64,000 bases of DNA from IMG/VR virus record IMGVR_UViG_3300031251_000016, positions 2,458 through 66,457 of that record; one strand, given 5' to 3'. Position numbers and translations under genes: made by a program. The notes under the pieces are model-generated. The model saw only the letters and a list, made by a program, of their open reading frames with translations. It did not search any database and was not told the origin of the DNA. Of this stretch, positions 16,871 through 27,500 are shown piece after piece. Each line of letters starts with the position of its first letter. Positions within the stretch are counted from its first letter, which is position 1. Source of the DNA: a virus.

Positions 16871-18385
16871 ATGCGCGGCATCTCGGCTGAAACCATCCAG
16901 CTGGTGAAAGACGCCCTCGCCAACGGCAGGGACGAACTCGCCAAGAATATCTCGATCGCTACTGGCCTGACGGCTTACGACCTCCAGGCCCCCGCGAAGA
17001 ACCTCTACCCGATCATCACGCCGATCCGGAACACGATCCCGCGCGTCAGGCGCCGTAACCCCGGCGACGCGGCGCATTGGAAGGTCATCACGTCGATCAC
17101 GGGCTCCGGCTTCGACTCGATGGGCTGGGTTCCGGAAGGGCAGCGCGCCTCCAACATGACCTACTCCTCGAGCCCCGTCTCGAAGAGCTACGTCACGATC
17201 GGCGAGGAGGACTATCTGTCGTTCGAAGCGGAGGCCGCGGCCGAGGGCTTCGAAGACATCAACGCCACGGCGACGATGCGCCTCCTTCAGAAGCTCTTCA
17301 CGAAGGAAGAGAAGGGCCTGATCGGCGGCAACGCGTCGCTTGCTCTCGGCACGACCCCGACTCCGTCGCTGTCGGCTTCGGGCACGGGCGCCACGCTTCC
17401 GGGTGCGACCTACTCCGTCATCGCGGTTGCGCTGACCTACGAGGGCTGGCGCGCTCAGTCCGTCTCCGCGGGCATCACTCAGTCGCTCACGGTGACCGGC
17501 CGCGACGGCCAGACCTTCACGCTGAACGGCGGTTCCGCGCAGAAGTCAGTGAACGCCACGCAAGCGGTCTCCTTGGGCCAGACGCTCTTTGCGAGCGTGA
17601 CAGCCGTTGCGGGCGCCGTCGCCTACGCCTGGTATGTCGGCACCGCGGGTAATGAGCGTCTGCAGGCGATCACGCCGCTCAACAGCATCGCGATCACGGC
17701 TCCGCTCAACAGCACGAACCAGCTCGCGACTGCGCTGACGGCGACGGACAACAGCCGGAACCAGTCGCTCGCCTTCGACGGCCTGTTCACCTGGAACGCG
17801 CTGGGCGCGCCCAGCCAGGGCGGTCCCGCGCCCTACCTTGGCGTCCAGCCGACGGGGACGAGCGGAACCGGCACGCCCCTCACGGCGTCGGGCCGCGGCT
17901 CGGTTGTCGAGATCGACAACATGCTTCAGTCCATGTGGGACAACGCGCGCATCTCGCCGAGCGTGATGTACGTGAACAGCCAGGAGCAGAAGAACATCAC
18001 CAACAAGGTGCTGTCCAACGCCTCCGGTCCGCTGCTTCGCTACAACTCGCCGGGTGACGGCAAGCAGCCCTACGCGATCACGGCAAACGGCGTCGTGACC
18101 TTCTACTACAACCCGTTCAGCGTGGACGGCGGCAGCGAAATCCCGATCAAGGTGCATCCGGACATCCCGCCCGGCACCGTCCTCGCTTGGGCCGAAGGGT
18201 TGCCCCCGTGGTTCCAGTCGAACGAGGTTCCGAACACCGTCGAGATCCTGACGCGGAGGGACTACTACCGGCTCGACTGGCCGCTGCGCACCCGCGCGCG
18301 TGAATTCGGCACCTACGCCGAGGAAGCGCTGGCCGTGTACTACCCTGCGGCGATCGGCGTCATCACGAACATTGGTAACGGCTAA
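16871..18385 (+). CDS. Major capsid protein with inserted Ig-like segment
   Basis: Position after protease; YDLQAPAKNLYPIITP, IKVHPDIPPGT; AAGGAG RBS. Confidence 0.85.
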   Translation: MRGISAETIQLVKDALANGRDELAKNISIATGLTAYDLQAPAKNLYPIITPIRNTIPRVRRRNPGDAAHWKVITSITGSGFDSMGWVPEGQRASNMTYSSSPVSKSYVTIGEEDYLSFEAEAAAEGFEDINATATMRLLQKLFTKEEKGLIGGNASLALGTTPTPSLSASGTGATLPGATYSVIAVALTYEGWRAQSVSAGITQSLTVTGRDGQTFTLNGGSAQKSVNATQAVSLGQTLFASVTAVAGAVAYAWYVGTAGNERLQAITPLNSIAITAPLNSTNQLATALTATDNSRNQSLAFDGLFTWNALGAPSQGGPAPYLGVQPTGTSGTGTPLTASGRGSVVEIDNMLQSMWDNARISPSVMYVNSQEQKNITNKVLSNASGPLLRYNSPGDGKQPYAITANGVVTFYYNPFSVDGGSEIPIKVHPDIPPGTVLAWAEGLPPWFQSNEVPNTVEILTRRDYYRLDWPLRTRAREFGTYAEEALAVYYPAAIGVITNIGNG

Positions 18386-18401
18386 AGCCGAAATCTGAAG
18401 C

Positions 18402-18433
18402 GGGAGGGCGGTCTCAGGGCCGCCCTTCTCCCC
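18402..18433 (+). terminator. GC hairpin after capsid gene
   Basis: GGGAGGGCGGTC-TCAG-GGCCGCCCTTCTCCC; no strong U tract. Confidence 0.4.
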
Positions 18434-18464
18434 TCGGCCGCCCAACCTCCTCAGGAGCAACTCC

Positions 18465-19616
18465 ATGTCCGCCACACTTCTCGCCCCCGCCGCGGGGCAG
18501 GTTTTCCAGACGCGCGTCGGCAACTACACCGCCGACGCGAACGGCATCATCGCCAACGTCCCCGTGGGCTTCGCCATCGCCGACCTCGTCGCTGATGGCT
18601 GTTCACTGCTCGCCTTCAATGCGATCGCCAACCCGCGCAACTTCGTTGACGGCGGCGATTTCACGACGAACCCCTGGCAGCGCAACATTCCGGGCCTGGC
18701 CTCGGGCGGCGTCATCGCATCGGCCATCACGAGCACGCCGACCTATTTCGCCGACCGCTTCTTTGCGGTGGGCGGCGCATCCTCGTCCATCCTAATGGCG
18801 AACGTCGCCGACACGACCATCCCGGGCTTCAGCAATTCGCTGCTGCTCACGCGCAGCGCCGCCAACGCCAACACGGCCCCGATCCTTTTCGGGCAAATCA
18901 TCGAAACGGCCGATGCGATCCGCGCGCAGGGTCAGACGATGACCCTGTCATTCTGGGCGCGCACGGCGGCGAACTACTCGGGCGGCGCGCTCACCGTGCA
19001 GCTCGTTTCGGGTACGGGCTCCAACCAGTCGGTCGCCAACTTGGTCGCCGGTTCGTGGACGGGCCAGGCCAACGCCGTAAACACCACGCAGGCTCTGACC
19101 GCCGGCATGACGCGGTATCAGTTCACGGGCGTTGTGCCCGCGGGCGCGACGCAGCTCGGCTTCCTGCTTTCCTGGACGCCCTCGGGCACCGCTGGCACAA
19201 CGGACGGCATCTATCTGAATGGCTTCCAGCTCGAGGTCGGCACGTCCGCCTCGGTCTTCGAGCACGAGGACGTGCAGATTATTCTCGAAGAGTGCCAGCG
19301 CTACGCGTGGGTCATTCCCGAGCCGGCCAACGGCGTCCTCGTCGGGGCGGGGACCACGCTCGGCGCGAACGTGCAGAACTTCTACATGGCGACACCGGTT
19401 CAGCTCCTGAAAGCCCCGACCGTCACCGTTGCGGCCGGCTCTTTCAAAGTGGCGGCGGGTGCGGCCTACGCTGCGGCCACCACGTTCGCGGCGGGTTCGA
19501 CGCACACGGTCAACGCGATCAGCCTCACCGCGGCCAACACGGCGTCGGCGGGCGTCGGCGCGCTGCTCGGCGGCGGCGGCGGCTCGGGCTACATCGTCGC
19601 TTCGGCTGACTTCTAG
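18465..19616 (+). CDS. Virion decoration/fibre protein with jelly-roll (CBM-like) domain
   Basis: RNFVDGGDF..WQR, TLSFWAR, FQLEVG..FEH..ECQRY motifs typical of phage fibres. Confidence 0.65.
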   Translation: MSATLLAPAAGQVFQTRVGNYTADANGIIANVPVGFAIADLVADGCSLLAFNAIANPRNFVDGGDFTTNPWQRNIPGLASGGVIASAITSTPTYFADRFFAVGGASSSILMANVADTTIPGFSNSLLLTRSAANANTAPILFGQIIETADAIRAQGQTMTLSFWARTAANYSGGALTVQLVSGTGSNQSVANLVAGSWTGQANAVNTTQALTAGMTRYQFTGVVPAGATQLGFLLSWTPSGTAGTTDGIYLNGFQLEVGTSASVFEHEDVQIILEECQRYAWVIPEPANGVLVGAGTTLGANVQNFYMATPVQLLKAPTVTVAAGSFKVAAGAAYAAATTFAAGSTHTVNAISLTAANTASAGVGALLGGGGGSGYIVASADF

Positions 19617-19688
19617 GTTGACTTCGAAGTCGCTCCGGCGCATAAGGGGACGCGCGAGCGACATCGCGTTTTCATCCCATTCAGACTC

Positions 19689-19716
19689 AGGCGGCCTCCG
19701 GGCCGCCTTTCTTTTT
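19689..19716 (+). terminator. Rho-independent terminator
   Basis: AGGCGGCC-TCCG-GGCCGCCT followed by TTCTTTTT. Confidence 0.85.
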
Positions 19717-19768
19717 GCCTGGAGGTCTGGTATTCACTACTGTGCAGGCTTCAGAAGGACCGTGACCG

Positions 19769-19996
19769 ATGTTGATTCCGATGCGCGCCCCCGAAAATGC
19801 TTCCGGCTTCAGCTTCGCCGGCGAGAGCTACGAGGTCGACGCGACGGGCTTCATCTACGTCCCCCAGGAAGCGGTCGAGGCGGCGAAGGCGCACCGCTTC
19901 GTCGTCGACACGAGCGACGTGCAGGCCGATGACGCGATTGACAATCCTTTCGCCGACGTCCCGGCGCTGAAGAAACGAGGCAGGGCCAATGTCTGA
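19769..19996 (+). CDS. Hypothetical head-module protein
   Basis: AAGGA RBS; 75 aa. Confidence 0.6.
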   Translation: MLIPMRAPENASGFSFAGESYEVDATGFIYVPQEAVEAAKAHRFVVDTSDVQADDAIDNPFADVPALKKRGRANV

Positions 19997-20219
19997 GCTG
20001 ACCGATCGGCACGAGGCGATTATCCGCGAGCACCACGCCACGGTGCAACAGCTGCTAGAGAAGGTGCGCGGCCATAACTCCGCACTCGTGCAGGCGCAAA
20101 CGCGCGCCACCGCTTCGGACGAGGCTGCGGCGGCGTCGGCGACGAAGCACGGTGAGGCGCTGCACTATCTCGTCGAGATCACGAAGCTCCTTGCGGGTGA
20201 GATCGAGGCGCTCGGGTGA
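19989..20219 (+). CDS. Small coiled-coil protein
   Basis: Overlaps both neighbours. Confidence 0.6.
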   Translation: MSELTDRHEAIIREHHATVQQLLEKVRGHNSALVQAQTRATASDEAAAASATKHGEALHYLVEITKLLAGEIEALG

Positions 20220-21067
20220 CGACGCCTTCCGACCTCGCGACGCTCTTCGCCGTCAAAAACTGGCTTGGCGTCACGTCGGCGGCTGATGACGTGCTGCTGG
20301 GATCGCTCATCACGGCGGCGAGCCGCGCAATCTACGCCTACCTCGGACGCTCGGCGATCCTTCCGGCGGCCTACTCCGAATGGTATGACGGCCGCGGTTT
20401 CTATTCGCTCACCCTGCGGCGCTGGCCGGTCATCTCGGTCGCGTCGGTTGTTGCAGACGGGCTCAGCATTCCGGCGGCGCCCGTAACGCCGCTCGCAACG
20501 GGGTCTTATCAGTCGCCGGGGTTCCTCCTGAGACCCTGGGACGGGCAGCCGCCCGGGCGCTTGGGTGTCGTCACGCTCAATCGCTACCGCTTTCGCCGCG
20601 GGCAAAACAACATCGGCGTCGCCTACTCCGCGGGCTACCAAGTTTCGGGCGAGGCCGCGACGGTTCCCGTCGCCCCTTACCAGGTTACGGTGCATGCGCC
20701 CTACGGGCCGTGGGCCTCTGACATGGGGGTAACTTACGCCTCGGGAGCGCCGCTTACACCGGTTGCTTCCTCGCCGGCGGTGGGCCAGTACACCGCCAAC
20801 CCCAATGGCGTCTATCGTTTCTCCGCCGCCGATTCGGGCGCTGCGGTGAATCTGAGCTACGGCTATCTTCCGCAGTCGCTTGTACAGGCCTGCATTGACA
20901 TCGTCGCCGAGCGCTACCGCTACCGAGACCGCATCGGCCAGCGTTCGAAGTCGATCGCCAGCCAGGAAACCGTCAGCTTCGATCTCGGCCGTCCGGGTTC
21001 GGGAATGACCGATTTCGCGCTCGGGCTGCTCGCGCCCTACCGGCAGGTTACGCCGATCGACTACTGA
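20216..21067 (+). CDS. Head-tail adaptor (gp6-like) with inserted domain
   Basis: LATLFAVKNWLGV..DDVLLGSLITAAS, LVQACIDIVAERY, LLAPYR. Confidence 0.8.
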   Translation: MTTPSDLATLFAVKNWLGVTSAADDVLLGSLITAASRAIYAYLGRSAILPAAYSEWYDGRGFYSLTLRRWPVISVASVVADGLSIPAAPVTPLATGSYQSPGFLLRPWDGQPPGRLGVVTLNRYRFRRGQNNIGVAYSAGYQVSGEAATVPVAPYQVTVHAPYGPWASDMGVTYASGAPLTPVASSPAVGQYTANPNGVYRFSAADSGAAVNLSYGYLPQSLVQACIDIVAERYRYRDRIGQRSKSIASQETVSFDLGRPGSGMTDFALGLLAPYRQVTPIDY

Positions 21068-21080
21068 GGAGGCGTAGCAT

Positions 21081-21254
21081 ATGTCTACAGGCCCGCTGGC
21101 GTTCTTCCTCACGGCCTTCCTCGTCGCGGAGCTGAGCGCGTTCTTCGCGGGTCTCTCTCTGAGCTCCGGCAGTCAAGACGGGCTTTTCATCTCCCTCGCA
21201 TTTATGGCTGCGAGCACGCTTGCGGGGATCGTGACCTATCTCGCGGATATCTAG
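21081..21254 (+). CDS. Small two-TM membrane protein
   Basis: GGAGG RBS; MSTGPLAFFLTAFLVAELSAFFAG...IVTYLADI*; not in ORF track. Confidence 0.6.
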   Translation: MSTGPLAFFLTAFLVAELSAFFAGLSLSSGSQDGLFISLAFMAASTLAGIVTYLADI

Positions 21255-21263
21255 GAGAAAAGC

Positions 21264-21515
21264 ATGACTACGCAAGTCAGAATTCGGTCGCATAACTGCC
21301 CCGTTCTCGTGCAGACACGGGACCAGCGTTGGGATTCAGCGGCGGACAAGCTAAGCGACGAGTTCTTTCTGGCCGATTCGCGCGTGCAGTGGCCCGAACA
21401 CGGCGAGCTCACGTACTACGTCACGACGACACGCAAGATCGCAGTGCGAGACCTAGAATACGACGACCCGCGTGCGCTCGCCAGCAAGCCGGAAGCGCTG
21501 CCCGCAGAGGGCTGA
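21264..21515 (+). CDS. Hypothetical protein
   Basis: AGGAG RBS. Confidence 0.65.
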   Translation: MTTQVRIRSHNCPVLVQTRDQRWDSAADKLSDEFFLADSRVQWPEHGELTYYVTTTRKIAVRDLEYDDPRALASKPEALPAEG

Positions 21516-21520
21516 CCCCG

Positions 21521-22006
21521 ATGCAAGTCACCTTCGAGATCGACGACAGCAAGCTTGAAGCGCGCCTTTCCGGCATGACGGCGCGCATCCAGACGGCGCT
21601 CGCGCAGAAGCTGACGGCGCTCGCTCTCAAGCTCGAGAACCACATCAAGGCGGACAAGCTGTCAGGCCAGGTGCTCAACGTGCGGACCGGCGCACTGCGG
21701 CGTTCGATCTTTACGACAGTCGAGACGGCGCCGAACGAGGTCACGGCGACGGTGGCCTCGTCCTCGGACGTGCCCTACGGCCGGATTCACGAGTTCGGCG
21801 GTGCGATCGACATACCCGAGATCACGCCCGTCAAGGCGCAGGCGCTGCACTTCGTCATCAACGGCAAGGACGTGTTCGCCAAGCGCGTCCGCGCTCACAC
21901 GGTCCACATGCCTGAGCGGTCCTTCATGCGCTCGGCGCTTGCCGACATGGAAGCTGAGATCCGCAACGGCATAAAGGAAGCGGTTGAACAGGGGGCGGCA
22001 GGATGA
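21521..22006 (+). CDS. Neck / tail-completion protein (HK97 gp10-like)
   Basis: RTGALRRSI, YGRIHEFGG, MPERSFMRSAL. Confidence 0.8.
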   Translation: MQVTFEIDDSKLEARLSGMTARIQTALAQKLTALALKLENHIKADKLSGQVLNVRTGALRRSIFTTVETAPNEVTATVASSSDVPYGRIHEFGGAIDIPEITPVKAQALHFVINGKDVFAKRVRAHTVHMPERSFMRSALADMEAEIRNGIKEAVEQGAAG

Positions 22007-22212
22007 AAGGCGTTTTGCTTCTTGTCTGGCTGTGCCCCGCGCAGGCGGTAGACTGCACGGCGGACGCGGCGCGGGTCCGCGTTTCGACCCGCCTCGATCA
22101 GCCGACGTGCGCAGGTGTAAGCCTTCTAAGCTTCGCTCAGAGCTTGGCGGAGCCACAGCCAGATGAGCACCTTCGTTTTAGGTGCAGTCAGGGAGGCGGC
22201 AATGGATCCTGA
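22003..22212 (+). CDS. Small Cys-containing putative secreted protein
   Basis: ATGA overlap; hydrophobic leader. Confidence 0.5.
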   Translation: MKGVLLLVWLCPAQAVDCTADAARVRVSTRLDQPTCAGVSLLSFAQSLAEPQPDEHLRFRCSQGGGNGS

Positions 22213-22375
22213 TTGGGACGACTACTCCGATTCCGTAATCGACGCGGAGAAGCGCCGCTACGAGAGCTGGTATCGCCTCCGAGCCTCGTGCTTCGAATCG
22301 CCTTTCGAGCGTTGGCGCAGGCGCGCCCTCGCCGCGCTGGGGCGATTCTGGCGCTGGGGAACCCGACAACTCTGA
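22202..22375 (+). CDS. Small hypothetical protein
   Basis: GGGAGG RBS before MDPDWDDY. Confidence 0.5.
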   Translation: MDPDWDDYSDSVIDAEKRRYESWYRLRASCFESPFERWRRRALAALGRFWRWGTRQL

Positions 22376-22390
22376 GGAAGGGATAAAAGG

Positions 22391-22645
22391 ATGATCGACG
22401 TTTTCCGCTTCAATTATGAGACCGAGGCCTTTGAGGTCATTGCGTCTTTCGACAATGACAAAATCGCTGAAGCGGGCGAATTTGCGCGCCTTGAGGCCGA
22501 AAAAGAAGGCCTGCAAAACGCCACGTTCACGGGTGGCGGCGGCAAGATTCAAGGCGACTACTCCGGCGGCCTGCATGCGCCCTACTACGGCATCGCGAAA
22601 GACCTGTACCCCAGCGCGCCCCGCGTCCCGTGGCCACCGCAATGA
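22391..22645 (+). CDS. Hypothetical protein
   Basis: Purine-rich RBS; 84 aa. Confidence 0.6.
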   Translation: MIDVFRFNYETEAFEVIASFDNDKIAEAGEFARLEAEKEGLQNATFTGGGGKIQGDYSGGLHAPYYGIAKDLYPSAPRVPWPPQ

Positions 22646-23088
22646 CGACGCGCGAGCAAGCGATTACGGCGCTGCAGACCCTCGTTACGAATGCCTACGC
22701 GTGGGCGCAGCCCCCCTCGCGTCGGCTTAAGCTATGGACCGACGTTCCTCTCCGAGCGCGCCCCGCCTGTTTCCTCTTCGAGGGCGGGCGCAACTCTTAC
22801 GCTTGGACGAACGTGAACGCGCCGAAGCGAGATCTCGACGTCCAGCTCTTCATTTACATTGACGCGAAGGATCCGAACGTCATCGGATCGACGCAGCTCA
22901 ACAACGTCCTTGACGCCCTCGATTCGGCGCTCGCGCCCGACAGTGGCTTCTCGGGCGCGCCGGGCGGGGCCAATACGCTCGGTGGCCTCGTCGCGTCCTG
23001 CCGCGTCTTCGGCGAGGTTTTGAAGGAGCCCGGCGACCTCGACGGCGATGGCCTTCTGCTCGTGCCAATCAAAATAATCCTTCCGTAG
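22642..23088 (+). CDS. Tail terminator / completion protein
   Basis: REQAITAL, LDALDSALAPD, TLGGLV; directly before tail tube. Confidence 0.7.
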   Translation: MTTREQAITALQTLVTNAYAWAQPPSRRLKLWTDVPLRARPACFLFEGGRNSYAWTNVNAPKRDLDVQLFIYIDAKDPNVIGSTQLNNVLDALDSALAPDSGFSGAPGGANTLGGLVASCRVFGEVLKEPGDLDGDGLLLVPIKIILP

Positions 23089-23168
23089 TCAAGTTTGAAG
23101 CGACTACTAGCTCCTGCTAGGTTGGCGGCTGCCATCGCGCAGTCTCCGCCAGCTCTAGGAGCCCCTTC

Positions 23169-23921
23169 ATGTCCTATTCGGTTTTCGGGCCCGGCGTCCT
23201 TATCGCCACGAGGACCGATGTCACCCCTTCCACGCCGATCAATATCGGCTACGCCAACGAGTTCTCTGTGGATTTCGCCGGCAACGTCAAGCAGCTCTTC
23301 GGTCAGAATCAGCTGCCGATTGACGCCGCGCGCGGCACGATCAAAGTCAGCGCGAAGGCGAAAGCCGCGGTCGTTTCCGGCCTGGCGCTCAACGCAGTGT
23401 TCTTCGGTGACGCCTTCACGGCGGGCGGCATCAAATGGAACGTCGGCGAGGCGCATTCCGTTCCGGCGGTGAGCACCTACACCGTTACCGTCACCAACTC
23501 GGGGACTTTCGACCAGGACCTCGGCGTCGTCTACACGTCCGGCGCCAGCGCCGGCCTCCCGTTTCAGAAAGTGACGTCGCTTACCGCGGTCGGGCAGTAC
23601 ACGGTTGCGGCCGGCGTCTACACTTTCTACTCGGGCGACGCCAGCGCCAACGTGGCCATGACCTACACGTCAACAGTCGCCTCGGGCATCCAGACGCTCA
23701 CGCTTGCGAACCAGCTGCTCGGCGTCTCTCCGATCATCCAGCTCGACTACTACACCATTCGCAACAACAAAGCACTGGTCGCTCGCTTCTACCAGGCGCA
23801 GACCGCGAAGCTGGCGCTGGCTGCGAAGCTCGAAGACTTCGTCATGCCTGAACTCGACTTCGAGCTTTTCGCCAATGCGGCGGGTAACCTTGGCACGCTT
23901 GTCTTCGGCGACATCGGGTAG
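23169..23921 (+). CDS. Major tail (tube) protein
   Basis: FGPGVL..FSVDF..KQLFGQNQLP..KLEDF; precedes chaperones and tape measure. Confidence 0.8.
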   Translation: MSYSVFGPGVLIATRTDVTPSTPINIGYANEFSVDFAGNVKQLFGQNQLPIDAARGTIKVSAKAKAAVVSGLALNAVFFGDAFTAGGIKWNVGEAHSVPAVSTYTVTVTNSGTFDQDLGVVYTSGASAGLPFQKVTSLTAVGQYTVAAGVYTFYSGDASANVAMTYTSTVASGIQTLTLANQLLGVSPIIQLDYYTIRNNKALVARFYQAQTAKLALAAKLEDFVMPELDFELFANAAGNLGTLVFGDIG

Positions 23922-23994
23922 TGACTTCGCAGTCGCGACCGTGTTAAGCTTGGGCCGTGGCGACATCGCCGCGGCCTTTTAGCGAGGAGACCCG

Positions 23995-24315
23995 ATGATC
24001 CCGAAGCCGCTCGAAATTACCCTGGGAGGCGAAACCGTCTTCGTCCCGCCCTTTACGCTCCGGCAGCTTCGCGAGCTTAAAGACCTCATTAGAGAAGGGC
24101 AGCGCAAGCAGGGGCTCGACGTCATCGAAACGGGCCTTGAGATCATCTGTTTTGCGACCGGCAAGTCCGAGGACGAGATTACGGCCACGGTCGTCGAGGT
24201 CGACGTTGCGGCGCAGGAAGTCTTGAAGTTCGCCGGGTTTCAGGTCTCGGGGGAAGTGACGGGGGCGCCCGTCAAGACGCCGACGAGCGATGGAGGTTCC
24301 TCTACGGCCGTTTGA
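23995..24315 (+). CDS. Tail assembly chaperone (G)
   Basis: Between tail tube and tape measure; slippery GGGGGAA near the 3' end. Confidence 0.8.
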   Translation: MIPKPLEITLGGETVFVPPFTLRQLRELKDLIREGQRKQGLDVIETGLEIICFATGKSEDEITATVVEVDVAAQEVLKFAGFQVSGEVTGAPVKTPTSDGGSSTAV

Positions 24316-24563
24316 TGGCTCACGGTCGAACGTTTGCGGAAGTCGACGAGATGACGATGACGGAAGTGCAACTCGTGTTCGACTACTGGAAAGACTACCC
24401 GCCGACGAATGAAGTGACGGCTGCTGTGAATGGCGTGGGCGTCTTCGGCAGGAAGCCGGAGGAGCGGGGCTCCGAAGAGGGCGCTCAAGCTGTGGACCCA
24501 AAGACCATCGAAGAGCTGCGCGCCTCGCTGGCGCGGAATGCGCATCTGCTGCTGAAGGGGTAG
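24249..24563 (+). CDS. Tail assembly chaperone GT extension via programmed -1 frameshift
   Basis: GGGGGAA at 24249-24255; -1 frame open: GGSDGGARQDADERWRFLYGRLMAHGRTFAEVDEMT. Confidence 0.75.
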   Translation, partial: GGSDGGARQDADERWRFLYGRLMAHGRTFAEVDEMTMTEVQLVFDYWKDYPPTNEVTAAVNGVGVFGRKPEERGSEEGAQAVDPKTIEELRASLARNAHLLLKG

Positions 24564-24567
24564 CGAC

Positions 24568-27500
24568 GTGACCGAAACCGATCTCAGCGTCAAGATTGGC
24601 GCCGACTCCAGCGGCCTTGGTAACGCGCTGCAAGCCGCCAATCGCAGCTCGGAGCAGTTCTCCGCCAATTTCAAGACGAGCGTCGACAATCTCAACGTCT
24701 CGCTGAAGAATCTCAACGAGACGCTTGGCGCAATCCACGACAGCACGCAGAGGACCGCCGACGCGACGCAGCACCTCTCGACCGTCACGAATTTCCTACT
24801 GACGATCACGGGCATCAAGCTCGTGAGCGAGGCGGTCTCGGCCACCGCAAGCGGACTCGTTTCGCTCGGGAGCGCCACGGCGAGCGCCGCGGCCTCGTTC
24901 GCGTCCTATGCGCAGGCTCAGGGCTACGTGATCGGGCAAACGAACGCGGTCCGCGTCGCCAATGATAACTTTGGCGGCACTCTTGTCCGGAGCGTCCTGC
25001 CGAGCGTTGCGCAAGTCGCGCTTGAATTTGGGGCCCTCAACGTCGCCATTCGTGCGGCGCCCGCAGTCGTAGGCGTCACCACGAGCGCAGTAAGCGGCTT
25101 GGCGACGGCGATTCGCATCGCAGCAGGCGCGGCCGTCGAGTTCGGCCTCCGGATGGTTTCACTGACGACGGTCCTCTCATTTCTCGCTGCGCGGGGTTTG
25201 AAGGTTCTCACGGACGCTTTCATGGACCTCGCGGGCGTGCTCGTGCGAGCGGGGCAGGCGTTCGGCGAGTATCTTAATTGGGCGTCGCGCTATGACGACG
25301 CCGGCTCGCGCATGGCGGCGAAGACGCTGACGATGGCGGGCAACCTCGCGCAGTTCGAAGCCGAGATGAAGCGCACGGGCCAAACCGATGCGACGCGCGG
25401 CCTGCAGAATTACCTCGCCGAGCTCGACAAGATTCCTCCGAAGCTCGGCAAGACCAAAGAGGAGAACGCGGCGCTCGCGGAGCAGGCGAAGCAGGCGTCC
25501 GTTGACCTCGAAGCGGCGTTCGCTTCGCTCCCGAGCTATACGGCGCCGCTCAACGACTTCCTCGTGAAGGCGGTTCGGCTGCTCGCGACCAATACCGATG
25601 AGGCGAGGCAGTGGGGGACTACGTTCGCTGACGCGTTCCGCGATCTGAACGGGAGCGGAGAACGCTTCCTGCGGTCGATCCAAGATATTGACCCACACCT
25701 TCTCGAAAACTTCAAGCATGCCCAGCAGACCGGCAACGTAATGGACATGCAGCGCACGATCATGCAGGGCATCCTTGTCCTCACCGATCGCGCGAACGAC
25801 GCCGAACAGCGCCGCTACCAGGAGGCTATCAGAACTGGGCAGGCGATGGGCATGTCGCGTGAGGAGGCCGAGAAGTGGGCTGCGTCGACCGACGAGACGT
25901 TGCGCCACGCCAAGGATCTGAGCGACGTCTACGATAAGATCCGACTATCCGCGCAAGGCGCTGCAATCTCGGTCAAGAGCCTCGGCGACAACCAGAAAGA
26001 GTCTTACAAGCAGGCGGTCGACCTCAGCAACAACGGCGGCACAAACTCGGCGCAGATTCGTATCCACCAGGCCAACATTGACGCGCTCCGCGAGGGGATA
26101 AAAGCCGAGCCCGGCAACCAGGATATGAAGGATACGCTTAACGAAGAGCTGCAAAAGCTGCGGGAGCTGAACGACGCGCGTGCGGGTGGCAACGAAGAAT
26201 CGAAGTTGGCGGTAAAGCTCGCGAAAGACGAGCTTGCGCACGGAACGGATTCCCTCGGGGCTGCGCGCCAGAAAGTCGAGGTTCTTGAGCGCCATCTCGC
26301 CGTGCTAGAAAACGCCGATCACGAAACGGGGCAGACCTCCGTCGAGACGCAGAAGTATGTCGGCCAGCTCGCCGCCGCAAAGAAATTGGTCCTCGATCTC
26401 GAAGCGGGCGTCAAGGCAACACGCAAAGAGACGGAGATCCTCGGCGAGACGCGAGGTTCGTCTGCGTGGGTCAAGGCGAGCCTCGACGCGCTTAACGCGC
26501 GCCATCCGCAGAAGGGTGGCGCGGTCGAGCAAGCGGCCTACGAGAAAGATAAAAACGCGATCGAGCAGGCCGGCGCCGAGTTTCGCGCCAACCAGGAGAA
26601 GCAGCAGCAAGCGCTTGCCCTCGACGACATAAAGCTCAAGTACGCGAAACTGATGGACAACCTCGACGGCCTCGAGAAGCGCCATCTCGTTTCGTCTGAG
26701 GAAGCGTCGCAGCAGCGTATCAGCTTTCTCAAGCAGGAAGACGTGGAGGTTGGCGCCAATTACGAGAAGCAGCTGGCGCGCTATGGCGAGGACGAGACCG
26801 AGTACTCGGCGCTGTTGAAGAAAAAGCAGCATGAGCACGACGCCTATCTGAAAGCGATCGACCAGGCGGAGACGCGCGAGCTCGAAAAGCTCGATCAGGA
26901 GGCGCAGACCGCGGCGGGCCATCTCACGTCCGGACTGCAAGGCGCGATCAGCAGCGCTATTCAGGGCAAGAGTCCCTGGAAAGGACTCGCGGATAGCTTG
27001 GTCAGCGAGCTTTCGTCCGCGCTCACGAATAACCTGAAATCGATTCTGAGCGTTGGCTTGGGGCAGCTTGGTATCGGCTCCATGATTAACGGAATCTTGT
27101 CCGGGGACACGCTGAAGTCAGGACTCTCCTCGCTGTTCGGCGGCGCAGGCGGCGCAACAGCGTTGACCGGATCGGCGACAGCGCTGACCGGCTCGGCGAC
27201 GGCGTTGACCGGAGCCGCTACGGCGTTGACATCGGCCGCGGCGGCGCTGAGCGCGGGCGGAGCGGCCTCGGCCGCGGGTGGAGCTGCGGCGGCCTCGAGC
27301 GGAGGTTTTCTTTCGACGCTCGGCTCGGCCGCGGCGGGGCTGCTTGCCTTTGACGTCGGCTCCTGGAGCGTCCCCTCGCAAGGAAACTTCGACGGCAAGG
27401 GTGGCTGGCCCGCGCTGATCCATCCGGGCGAGATGATTATCCCGGCAGGGCCGGCTTCGAACCTGCGGAACGCCACGGCGAGCGGTGGGGGCTTGGCGAG

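Noticed and set aside
27155-27240. TALTGSA repeats in the tape measure gene as a separate element
   Set aside because: Ordinary low-complexity coding repeats
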